Assembly (NCBI GenBank): GCA_963724265.1
Contig: CAVRTU010000004.1
Coordinates: 133,263 to 197,262 of the forward strand
DNA: 64,000 nucleotides
Reading direction: 5' to 3'
Origin: an uncultured Gemmatimonadales bacterium
GTDB lineage: Bacteria; Gemmatimonadota; Gemmatimonadetes; Gemmatimonadales; GWC2-71-9
Shown here: positions 48,271-60,412 of the stretch, in pieces
Layout: each line of letters begins with the position of its first letter
How positions within the stretch are numbered: the stretch's first letter is position 1
Notes under the pieces: generated by a model
Seen by the model: only the letters and a program-made list of their open reading frames with translations
Database searches by the model: none
What the model was told of the DNA's origin: nothing
Made by a program: the position numbers and the translations under genes

Positions 48271-48350
48271 GGTGAGCGGGGAGCAGGGAGCAGGGAGCGG
48301 TGGGTTCGATCCTGCTCCCCGCTCCCCGCTCCCCGCTCCCCCTCCCACCC
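48271..48350. repeat. Heptamer-armed hairpin between tdk and coaE
   Basis: GGTGAGCGGGGAGCAGGGAGCAGGGAGCGG - TGGGTTCGAT - CCTGCTCCCCGCTCCCCGCTCCCCGCTCCCCC. Confidence 0.8.
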
Positions 48351-48356
48351 GTCCGC

Positions 48357-48973
48357 ATGATCCGCATCGCTCTCACCGGCAACATCGCCTCGGGCAAGTC
48401 CACGGTGGCGGCGCTGTTCCGCCGCTGGGGGGCGACGGTGATCGACGCCGATCAGCTGGTCCGCGAGGTGCAGCGGCCCGGCACTCCCGCACTTACGGCC
48501 ATCGCCCGGCGTTTCGGCCCGCAGGTCCTGCTTCCCGACGGCTCCCTCGACCGCGGCGCGCTGCGCCGGCGGTGCTCGCCGACCGTGCCGCCCGGCACGA
48601 CCTGGAGGCGATCGTGCACCCGGCGGTCCGGCGGCTGCGGGAGCAGCGCGAGGCCGCGGCCGCCGCCCAGGGAGCCACTCTCGTCGTCCACGACATCCCC
48701 CTGCTCTTCGAGGCGCTGGACCCCGCGGCATTCGACGCCGTGGTCCTGGTGGATGCCCCCGAGCCGGTCCGCCTGGCCCGCCTGGTGGCCGACCGCGGGA
48801 TGCCCGAGGCCGAGGCCCGCGCCCTGATCGCGATGCAGATGCCCGCCGCGGTCAAGAAGCGGTGGCGCGGCGGCGATCCCGCGCGCGGCCCGCTGCTGAT
48901 CGAGAATGACGGCGACCAGGCCCGGCTGGAGCACCGGGCGAAGGAGGTCTGGCGCGAGCTGGGCGGCGCTTGA
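48357..48973 (+). pseudogene. coaE: Dephospho-CoA kinase, one frame break near 48568
   Basis: [34 protein letters not shown]...LDRGALR / [20 protein letters not shown]...[10 protein letters not shown]. Confidence 0.88.
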
Positions 48974-49029
48974 CCACCCTGCGCCCTGTGTCTATCCTTG
49001 CCCCCGTCCGACCCACCCTGGAGCCCGAG

Positions 49030-49424
49030 TGTCGAACGTCCCGAACGATCTCCGCTACACCCCCGACCATGAATACGTGAAGATCACCAGCGACGCGGCC
49101 GTGGTCGCAGGTCGGGATCACCGACTACGCCCAGGGCGAGCTGGGCGACGTGGTCTTCGTCGAGCTGCCCAAGATCGGCGCCAAGTTCACGCAGGATGCA
49201 GGTCTTCGGCACCATCGAGGCGGTCAAGGCGGTCTCCGAGCTGTTTTCGCCCATGGCCGGCGAGGTCGTGGCGGTCAACGCCGCGCTCGACGCCGACCCC
49301 GGCCACCATCAACCGCGATCCCTACGGTGAGGGCTGGATGATCCGCCTCAAGGTGGCGGACACCAGGGCGAGCTCGACCAGCCTGCTCTCCGCCGCCGAC
49401 TACAAGAAGAAGATCGGCCAATAG
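49030..49424 (+). pseudogene. gcvH: Glycine-cleavage system H protein, 3 frame breaks
   Basis: [19 protein letters not shown] / [24 protein letters not shown] / [26 protein letters not shown] (lipoyl-Lys) / [17 protein letters not shown]. Confidence 0.88.
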
Positions 49425-49454
49425 GCCCGCCGTGTCCGTCGTGCGTCAACATCC

Positions 49455-49491
49455 GGCGCCCCGCCAGCGGCACGGGGGCGCCGTTGTTCTG
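49455..49491 (+). terminator. GC hairpin with a weak T-rich tail between gcvH and gcvP
   Basis: GGCGCCCC - 12-nt loop - GGGGCGCC, followed by GTTGTTCTGTC. Confidence 0.35.
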
Positions 49492-49512
49492 TCAGACCCC
49501 AGAGGAGCAGCA

Positions 49513-52425
<2,913 letters not shown>

Positions 52426-52426
52426 T

Positions 52427-52514
52427 GGCGGGAGGGCGGGAGGGCGGGAGGGCGGGAAGTGTCCTGCCAGGACCGGATCTCCTCCCGCCCTCCCGCCCTC
52501 CCGCCCTCCCGCCC
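52427..52514. repeat. Octamer-armed near-perfect ~30-bp hairpin with strong G-quadruplex potential
   Basis: GGCGGGAGGGCGGGAGGGCGGGAGGGCGGGAAG - TGTCCTGCCAGGACCGGATC - TCCTCCCGCCCTCCCGCCCTCCCGCCCTCCCGCCC, starting 2 nt after the gcvP stop. Confidence 0.9.
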
Positions 52515-52559
52515 ATAGCCCGCATCGTCGACCGCGAGCCGCATCCAGGCTCCCACAAC

Positions 52560-53291
52560 ATGGCCACCGACCTCTCCCTCCTCGATCTGGCCGATCGGGA
52601 GGGAGTCGCGTTTCTGCGCCTGTACCGCTGGGCGCCGTACTGTCTTTCATTCGGCCGCAACGAGCCGGCCCTGCGGCGCTACGACCGCGAGGCCATTACC
52701 GCCCGCGGGCTCGACCTGGTCCGCCGGCCGACCGGCGGGCGCGCGGTCTGGCATGCCCGGGAATTGACCTACGCGGTCGCGTCACCCATCGCGCACTTCG
52801 GTTCGATGGTCACGGCCTACCGGGTGATCCACGAGATCCTGGCCGACGCCGTCCGCCTGCTGGGCGCCGAGGCCACGCTCGCCGCGGCGCCTGTGCGAAT
52901 GGGCCGTCTCGAGGCAGGCGCCTGTTTCGCGCGGCCCGCCGGCGGCGAAGTCCTGGTGCGGGGGCGGAAGGTCGTCGGGAGCGCCCAGCTCAGGAAGGGG
53001 GACGCCTTCCTCCAGCACGGCAGTCTGCTGCTCGAGGACGGCCAGGCCCTGGTGTCGGAACTGCTCAAGCGTGGCGGCGCATCCGACGGGGCGGAGGCGG
53101 GGTTCCCCCTCTCCGGCCTCGTCGGCCGCCCCGTCTCCTTCGACGAAGCCGCCAGTGTGGTCAGCACTGCGACTGCCCGGAAGTGGGGGCCGGCGATGCC
53201 TCCGGATGCTGCACTCGCGGACGCGGTTCGCCTGGGGGCCGACCGCCACCGTCCCCACTTCGAGTCCGATCGCTGGACGTGGAGGCGTTGA
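52560..53291 (+). CDS. Lipoate-protein ligase/octanoyltransferase (LplA/LipM, BPL_LplA_LipB family)
   Basis: [58 protein letters not shown]. Confidence 0.8.
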   Translation: MATDLSLLDLADREGVAFLRLYRWAPYCLSFGRNEPALRRYDREAITARGLDLVRRPTGGRAVWHARELTYAVASPIAHFGSMVTAYRVIHEILADAVRLLGAEATLAAAPVRMGRLEAGACFARPAGGEVLVRGRKVVGSAQLRKGDAFLQHGSLLLEDGQALVSELLKRGGASDGAEAGFPLSGLVGRPVSFDEAASVVSTATARKWGPAMPPDAALADAVRLGADRHRPHFESDRWTWRR

Positions 53292-53329
53292 GCCCGATAG
53301 CTTTGAGCAGGCCTCCCTCAAGGAATCCG

Positions 53330-54995
53330 ATGCGCCGCCAGAGACGAGTCGAGTTCCTCCAGTTGTTCTGTGTCATGTTCGCCGGCGCGCCGCTTGCCGG
53401 GCAGGCCGCCCCCGCCATTCCCGGCACCATCGTCATCCTGCAGCCCAGCGAAGCCACGGCACCGGTGCCCCTGCTCTGGGTCGGAGACGCCGTCAGCAGG
53501 GAAGTCGGCGATCAGCTCTTCCTGCGATTGGCCGAGCTGGGTCCGGCCCGGAATACCGCCGACGAGAAGAGCTTCGAGCCGAGGCTGGCGCGGCGCTGGC
53601 AGCGGCTCGATTCGCTCACCCTGGCATTCGATCTCGACCCCCGGGCCCGCTGGCACGATGGGACGCCGGTCACCTCGGCAGACGTCGTGGCGACCATGGA
53701 TCGGGCCAGGAACCGCACCGACTATCCGCAGACGGCCACTCTCCTCCGGCACATCGTCTCGGTCACTGCCCCGAGTCCGACCCGGGTCGTCTTCCGGTTC
53801 GATCGGGTCTACGCGGAGCAGCTCTACGATGCCACGTATCACGTGCCACCGCTTCCCGCGCACCTGGTCCGGGGCATCAACGCGGCCGACCTGCCTAAGT
53901 CGTCGTTCGCGGCCAGTCCCGTCGGCAACGGGCCCTATCGATGGGTGCGGCGTGATGCCGCGCGACAGCTGATGGAGCTCCGGGCCGATCCCGCGTTCTT
54001 CCTCGGCAGGCCGGGAATCGGCAGGGTGATCTTTCAGGCGGTGGGCGATGGGCAGGCCCGGATGAACCTGCTGCTGAGCGGCGAGGCCGACGCGATCGAC
54101 AACATCTATCAGTTCGGCGCCCCCGATCAGGTCCTGGCCCAGCCCGCCTTCACGACTTACCAGGTGCCTTCGCTCAACCTGGGCTATTTCCGGTTCAATT
54201 CCAGGGATCCCGCCGATACCTCGCGGCCTCATCCGATTCTGTCGGACCCGGAGGTGCGTCGCGCGCTCGCGCTGGCACTCGATCGCACCCGGCTGGCTCA
54301 CACCGGCTGGGGTCCTGCCAGCGTGGCCCCCGCCGGCCCGGTGCCCCAAGCGGTCTGGATCTACAACCCGAAGGCGCCCCAGCCCGCCTACGACACCACC
54401 GGGGCCAGGGAGCTGCTCGCACTGCGTGGCTGGGCCGACACCGACGGCGACGGAATTCTCGACAAGCAGGGCCGGCCGCTCGCCTTGACGATGCTGGTGC
54501 CCGGAACGAGTGTGCCGCGCGGGAGGATGGCCCAACAGGCGCAGGAGGAATTGCGGCAGGTCGGGGTGGACCTCCGGATCCTCGTGCTCGACCGGGGCGA
54601 GATTCAGGCCCGGTGGAAGACCAGGAGCTTTGACATTGATTTCGGGGCCAGCACGATGGATCCGTCTCCCTCCGGCCTGGTACAGAGCTGGAGCTGTGCC
54701 GGCGCCGGCCCGGGCGGGCTCAACTACACCGGGTACTGCGACCCGGTGGTCGATTCCCTCTTCGAGCAGGCCATCACGAGTGCCGGGAAGCCCGGGCCGA
54801 TCTGGGCCCGGGCAATCCAGCGGATCGAGGACGATGCGCCGGCCATCTTCATCTACTCCCCGACCCTGGTCCCCGCGGTCCACCGCCGGTTCGACCGGGT
54901 GACGCTTGCGGCCGCAATCGACCTGGCTCGATCTCTGGCGCTGGCACCTCGTGCCGGGCGCCGAGCTGCCCCGCGATCGCACGGACGGGCGCTGA
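53330..54995 (+). pseudogene. ABC transporter substrate-binding protein, family 5 (peptide/nickel type), one frame break near 54915
   Basis: Tail of the artefactual ORF 50009..55003: [28 protein letters not shown]...[15 protein letters not shown]...VGNGPYRWV...YFRFN.... The last part, [23 protein letters not shown], is in another frame. Confidence 0.8.
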
Positions 54996-54999
54996 GCAC

Positions 55000-55972
55000 G
55001 TGAACCGCCTCTGGCTCCGGCTCGGGCAGGCGGTGCTGACCTACGTCGTGGCGGTCACCCTGGCGTTCGTCCTGATGCGGCTGACGCCGGGGGATCCCGA
55101 TTCCCCAGCTCGACGACCAGCAGCGATTCACCGTCGAGGAGGCGGCACGCCTCCGGGCGCTCTACGGGCTCGATCGTCCGATCCTGGTGCAGTACGGCAC
55201 CTTTCTGTCCGGCGCGATGCGCGGCGACCTCGGTGGGTCGATCCGTTACGGCGGCCGCCCCGTCGTCCAGCTCCTCCGTGAACGTCTTCCCGCCAGTCTC
55301 CTCCTCGGCGGCCTGGTCCTGGTAATCAACTTCACCCTGGGAACCTGGCTCGGTGCATGGCAGGCGGTGCGCGCCGGCTCACGCTTCGACCGGGCCACGA
55401 GCGCCCTGTCGCTGGTGCTCTACGCGACGCCCTCCTTCTGGCTGGGTACGATGCTCGCCTGGCTGGTGGCCGTCGAATGGCATCTCCTTCCCGCGGCGGG
55501 CATGCACGACCCCACCCTCGCCCCCAACGCCGCCCTGGGCCTCCGGATCGTCGATCTCGGCCGGCACCTCCTCCTCCCCGCCCTGACCCTGTCGGCGGTG
55601 AGCATCGCTGCGGCCATGCGCCTGGAACGGAGCTCGATGCTGGAGGTCCTGGGACTGGATTTCGTCCGTGCCGCCCGGGCCCGCGGCCTCGACGAGCGGC
55701 GGGTCGTCTGGCGCCACGCCTTCCGCAATGCGCTCGGCCCTCTCCTGACTCTCTTCGGGCTCTGGTTGCCGATCCTGGTCACCGGCTCGGTGTTCGTCGA
55801 ATCGGTGTTCGGCTGGCCCGGCCTGGGCTTGCTTGCCGCCGAAGCGATCGGCGGCCGCGACTACCCCCTGATGATGGGCACCACGCTGCTGGCCGCCGGG
55901 CTGGTCATCGCGGGCGGGCTCGTCAGCGACCTGATGCACGGCTGGCTCGATCCGCGGGTGCGCGCGCTGTGA
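55000..55972 (+). pseudogene. ABC transporter permease (DppB/OppB-like), one frame break near 55098
   Basis: [33 protein letters not shown] / IPQLDDQQRFTVEEAARLRALYGLDRPILVQYGTF...FVRAARARGLDERRVVWRHAFRNAL. Confidence 0.85.
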
Positions 55973-55977
55973 AAGGG

Positions 55978-56766
55978 ATGCGCTGGGGCCTGGCCATCCT
56001 GGTGCTGGTCGCCGCCAGCGGCATCCTCCTGCCGCTACGTGCTGCCCGACTACCGGGCCCAGGTCTTTCCTCCGCTGTCGTCGCCGAGCCTGGCCCACCC
56101 CTTCGGCACCGACTGGGCCGGCCGCGATCTGCTGGCCCGGGTGGCGCGCGGCGCCCGGATCTCGCTCACGATCGCGCTGACGACGGCGGCGATCGCCGCT
56201 ACCCTGGGCGCCACGGTCGGACTGGTGGCGGGCTACGTCGGCGGCATCGTGGACGCGGTCCTCATGCGGAGCGTGGACGCCGCGCTGGCGATTCCCCGTG
56301 TCTTCGTCCCACTGCTCGTCCTCGCTGTGCTCGGACCGGGTCCCGCTGCCGGTGCTCATCCTCGTGCTGGGAACCACCGGGTGGTTCAGCACCAGCCGCC
56401 TGGTGCGCGGCGAAGTACTGCGGGTGAAGGAGGAGCCCTTCGTGCGGGCCGCCGAGGCGCTGGGGGCCGGTCGAGCCACGGGTTATCTTCCGACACCTGC
56501 TGCCGAACTGCGCCGGTCCGCTCATCGTCGCCGCGACGCTTTCGGTGGCCGACGTGCTCCTGCTCGAGGCCGGCCTCTCGTTTCTCGGGCTCGGCGTCCA
56601 GCCCCCGACGCCCTCGTGGGGCGGCATGATCCTCGACGGGCGATCGTCCCTGGTCACCGCCCCGTGGCCCAGCCTCTTTCCCGGCCTCGCCATCGTGGTC
56701 ACCGTGCTGGCGGTGAACCTCCTCGGCGAGGGCCTCCGTTCATCCCTGATCGCCGGTACGCCGCGC
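55978..56766 (+). pseudogene. ABC transporter permease (DppC/OppC-like), at least 3 frame breaks; no in-frame stop before the next gene as sequenced
   Basis: MRWGLAILVLVAASGILLPL / YVLPDYRAQVFPPLSSPSLAHPFGTDWAGRDLLARV...GGIVDAVLMRSVDAALAIPRVF / ...[34 protein letters not shown] / [48 protein letters not shown]. Confidence 0.8.
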
Positions 56767-57803
56767 ATGAGCCTGCTCGAAGTCGACGGCTTGCGGTCTC
56801 CTTCCCCGGGCCCGGGGGGCAGGTCGCGCCCGGTGGACGGGGTGAGCTTTTCCCTCGACCGCGGCGAGACGCTCGCCCTGGTCGGCGAATCGGGATGCGG
56901 CAAGAGCCTCACCGCGCTGGCGCTTCTCCGGCTGTTGCCGCCCACCGGCGCGCTCGCCGCACGACAGCATCATCCGGTTCGACGGGGTATCGATTCCCAC
57001 CCTCGATCCCGAATCGCTGCGCCGCCTGCGGGGCCGGCGGATCGCCGTGGTCTTCCAGGATCCGATGACCAGCCTCAACCCCGTCTTCACCGTCGGCGAC
57101 CAGATCGCCGAAGGGATCCAGGCCCACTTCGACGTCCCGCGCGCCGAGGCCTGGCGCCGCGCGGTGGCGCTGCTGCACGGAAGTCGGCATCCCCGACCCG
57201 GAGGCGCGGGCCCGCGCCTATCCGCACCAGATGAGCGGCGGGATGCGTCAGCGGGTCATGATCGCGATCGCCCTTGCGGCGGAGCCCGACCTGCTGATCG
57301 CCGATGAGCCGACCACCGCGCTCGACGTGACCGTGCAGGCCCAGATCCTCGAAGTGCTCGACCGGCTGCGGCAGGCGCGCGGCATGGCGGTGCTGCTGAT
57401 CACCCACGACCTCGGCGTCGTGGCCGGCCGGGCCGACCGGGTGGCCGTCATGTACGCCGGGCAGATCGTCGAGACGGCGACGACCGTCGACCTCTTCGCC
57501 CGGCCCTCGCATCCCTACACCCGCGGCCTCTTCGCCTCGATTCCGCGGCTCGACCGGCCCAGCGGGCGCCTGACGCCGATCACCGGGCAGGTGCCCTCGC
57601 CCGACCGCTGGCCCGCCGGGTGCCGGTTCCAGCCCCGCTGCCCGGAGGCGATGCCGGCCTGCGAGGTCGCTCCGAAGGAGCGCATGGTCGGCGCCGGCCA
57701 CAGGATGCGGTGCTGGCTGGCGGAAAAGCCGGGGAACGGTGGACGCGGTGAGCGGGGAACGGGGAGTGACCGAAGCCGCTGCTCGAGGTCCGCAACCTCG
57801 TGA
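56767..57803 (+). pseudogene. ABC transporter ATP-binding protein (DppD/OppD-like), 4 frame breaks
   Basis: MSLLEVDG / [14 protein letters not shown] / [27 protein letters not shown] / [31 protein letters not shown] / [20 protein letters not shown]...[12 protein letters not shown]. Confidence 0.85.
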
Positions 57804-58740
57804 AGCACTACGAGGGGGGCGGGATGTTCCGGAAGGGGCCGGCCATTCGCGCGGTGGACGGCGTCTCCTTCACCATCGGCCGAGGCGAGACGCTGGCCCT
57901 GGTGGGCGAGTCGGGCTGCGGCAAGTCCACCGTGGGACGCACGATTCTCCGGCTGATGGAGCCGACCGCCGGCGAGGCGATCTTCGAGGGCCGCGAGGTC
58001 TTCCGGCTGGAGCGGGAGGAGCTGCGCACCACCCGGCGCCGGATGCAGATCGTCTTCCAGGACCCCTACAGCTCGCTCAACCCGCGGATGACGGTCGGCG
58101 ACTCGATCGCCGAAGGGATCGAGATCCACCGCCTGGCGCCGCAGGCGCGAGATCCCGGCCCGGGTGGCCGCCCTGCTCGACGAGGTCGGTCTCGACCGCG
58201 AATACGCGTCGCGGTACCCGCACGAGTTCTCCGGCGGCCAGCGGCAGCGGATCGGCATCGCCCGGGCCCTCGCGGTCGAGCCGGCGTTCCTGGTCTGCGA
58301 CGAACCGGTCTCGGCGCTCGACGTCTCGGTCCAGGCCCAGGTCCTCAACCTGCTGATGGATCTGCAGAGCCCGCCGCGGGCTCTCCTACCTGTTCATCGC
58401 GCACGACCTCGCCGTGGTGCGACAGATCGCCCACCGGGTCGCCGTGATGTACCTGGGCCGCATCGTCGAGACGGGGTCGACCGACGAGGTGCTCGGCCAC
58501 CCCCGACATCCCTACACCCAGGCCCTGCTCTCGGCGGTCCCGGAACCCGACCCCGAGTCGAAGCGCCTGCGCATCGTTCTGGCCGGCGATCCGCCCAGCC
58601 CGTCGAGCCCGCCACCGGGCTGCCACTTCCACCCCCGCTGCTTCCACCCGGCCAAGGACAGCCGCTGTTCGACCGAGGGACCAGTCCTCCGCCCACTCGG
58701 GCAGGCCCAGGTGGCGTGTCACCACGCCAAGGAGGCCTGA
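57767..58740 (+). pseudogene. ABC transporter ATP-binding protein (DppF/OppF-like), 3 frame breaks
   Basis: GTG 57767 (VTEA) / [14 protein letters not shown]...[16 protein letters not shown] / [35 protein letters not shown]...[11 protein letters not shown] / [30 protein letters not shown]. Confidence 0.85.
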
Positions 58741-58745
58741 CTCAG

Positions 58746-58832
58746 CCGTTCACCGTTGCAACCGCCCCCGACCGAGCGCCCTGGCGCGAGGAAGCCCTTT
58801 AGGGACTGCCCCTCTGCCCCTCCGCCCCTCCA
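58746..58832 (-). repeat. Intergenic repeat family 1, copy D (reverse orientation)
   Basis: The reverse complement reads GGAGGGGCGGAGGGGCAGAGGGGCAGTCCCTAAAGGGCTTCCTCGCGCCAGGGCGCTCGGTCGGGGGCGG...GGTGAACGG. Confidence 0.8.
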
Positions 58833-58850
58833 AGCGTTACACTCTCCCCG

Positions 58851-59180
58851 ATGACCGGCCCCGACGCCTTCGCCACCCTCGACCTCAGGGTCGGCCGGAT
58901 CACCCGGGCGGAGCCCAATCCGACGGCACGGAAGCCCGCCTACCGGCTCTGGCTCGACTTCGGCCCGCTGGGCCACCGGACCTCGAGCGCGCAGCTCACC
59001 GCGCTCTATACCCCGGAGGAACTGGTCGGTCGCGAGGTGGTCGCCGCGATGAATCTCGGCACGCGCCGGATCGCGGGGTTTGACTCCGAGGTGCTGGTCC
59101 TTGGCCTGCCGGATCTCGAGGGCCGGGTGGTTCTCCTGGCAGTCGAGCGCGACGTCCCGCTGGGCGGAAGGGTGTACTGA
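58851..59180 (+). CDS. tRNA-binding domain protein (CsaA/YgjH-like)
   Basis: LDLRVGRITRAEPNPTARKPAYRLWLDFGPLG...VVAAMNLGTRRIAGFDSEVLVLG. Confidence 0.85.
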   Translation: MTGPDAFATLDLRVGRITRAEPNPTARKPAYRLWLDFGPLGHRTSSAQLTALYTPEELVGREVVAAMNLGTRRIAGFDSEVLVLGLPDLEGRVVLLAVERDVPLGGRVY

Positions 59181-59567
59181 ATGCGCAAGAACATTTCGAG
59201 CGGCACCCACTGGGAACCGATCGTCGGCTATTCGCGCGCGGTCCGTGTCGGCAACGTGATTCACGTCAGCGGAACGACGGCGACGGGACCGGATGGCAAG
59301 CTGGTCGGCGGACGCGACGCGTACCTGCAGACGGTCCAGACCCTCAGCAACATCAAGAGCGCGCTGGAAAAGGCCGGCGCGACGCTGGCGGACGTCGTCC
59401 GGACCAGGATCTACGTGGCCGACATCGGGCGGTGGGAGGATGTGGGGCGGGCCCACGGTGAGGTGTTCGGCGCCATCCGTCCCACCACATCCATGGTGGA
59501 GGTCAGCCGGCTCATCGATCCCGAGATGCTGGTCGAGATCGAAGCGGAAGCGATCGTCGAAGGCTGA
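59181..59567 (+). CDS. RidA/YjgF-family protein
   Basis: [19 protein letters not shown]...[10 protein letters not shown]...TSMVEVSRL...VEIEAEA. Confidence 0.85.
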   Translation: MRKNISSGTHWEPIVGYSRAVRVGNVIHVSGTTATGPDGKLVGGRDAYLQTVQTLSNIKSALEKAGATLADVVRTRIYVADIGRWEDVGRAHGEVFGAIRPTTSMVEVSRLIDPEMLVEIEAEAIVEG

Positions 59568-59580
59568 TTGAGGGATTCCC

Positions 59581-60369
59581 GTGCACCGTCTCACCGTCGT
59601 CGACGCCTTCACTCCCCGCCCCTTCGCCGGCAATCCCGCTGCGGTCTGCCTCCTCTCCGAACCGGCCGACGAGCAGTGGATGCGTAACGTCGCCGTCGAG
59701 ATGAACCTCGCCGAGACGGCGTTCCTGCTGCCCGAGAAGGACGGATACCGCCTCCGCTGGCTCACCCCGGAAACCGAGGTCGATCTCTGCGGCCACGCCA
59801 CGCTGGCCAGCGCCCACTTTCTGTGGAGTGATGGGCATCAGCCGGCCGGATCGGAAATCCGGTTCTATACGAAGAGCGGCCTGCTGACGGCGCGGCAGGA
59901 AGACGGGATGATCTGGCTCGACTTCCCCGCCAAGCCCGCCAAGGAGGCTCCCGATCCCGGCGGGCTGGTTTCGGCGCTCGGCGCGAAGGCGCTCTGGATC
60001 GGCCGGAACCAGTTTGACTACCTGGTCGAGCTGGCTGACGAGGCGACAGTCCGCGGACTCAGCCCCAACCAGGCCTCCCTTGCCGCCGTCGAGGCGCGCG
60101 GTATCATGGTCACCAGCCGGGCCAAGGGCGGCGACGGGTATGACTTCGTCTCCCGCTTCTTCGCCCCACGCGAGGGTATCCCCGAGGATCCGGTGACCGG
60201 CTCGGCCCACTCCGCCCTGGCACCCTACTGGGCCGCCAGGCTCGGGCGGACCACCCTGACCGGCTACCAGGCGTCGCGGCGTGGCGGCCTGGTCAGGACG
60301 GTCGTGAAGGGCGACCGTGTCCTGCTCGGCGGGCAGGCGGTGATCGTCTCGCGAGTGGAGTTCGTGTAG
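59581..60369 (+). CDS. PhzF-family isomerase
   Basis: VDAFTPRPFAGNPAAVCLL...NLAETAFLL...RWLTPETEVDLCGHATLASAH...VTGSAHSALAPYW. Confidence 0.88.
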   Translation: MHRLTVVDAFTPRPFAGNPAAVCLLSEPADEQWMRNVAVEMNLAETAFLLPEKDGYRLRWLTPETEVDLCGHATLASAHFLWSDGHQPAGSEIRFYTKSGLLTARQEDGMIWLDFPAKPAKEAPDPGGLVSALGAKALWIGRNQFDYLVELADEATVRGLSPNQASLAAVEARGIMVTSRAKGGDGYDFVSRFFAPREGIPEDPVTGSAHSALAPYWAARLGRTTLTGYQASRRGGLVRTVVKGDRVLLGGQAVIVSRVEFV

Positions 60370-60412
60370 TCCCGCGCAGTTCCGTTCTCGTCCTCATCCA
60401 GAGACCGAGGCT

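Noticed and set aside
48974-49029. A glycine riboswitch upstream of gcvH-gcvP.
   Set aside because: The spacer is only 56 nt, too short for a glycine aptamer. gcvH directly follows coaE.
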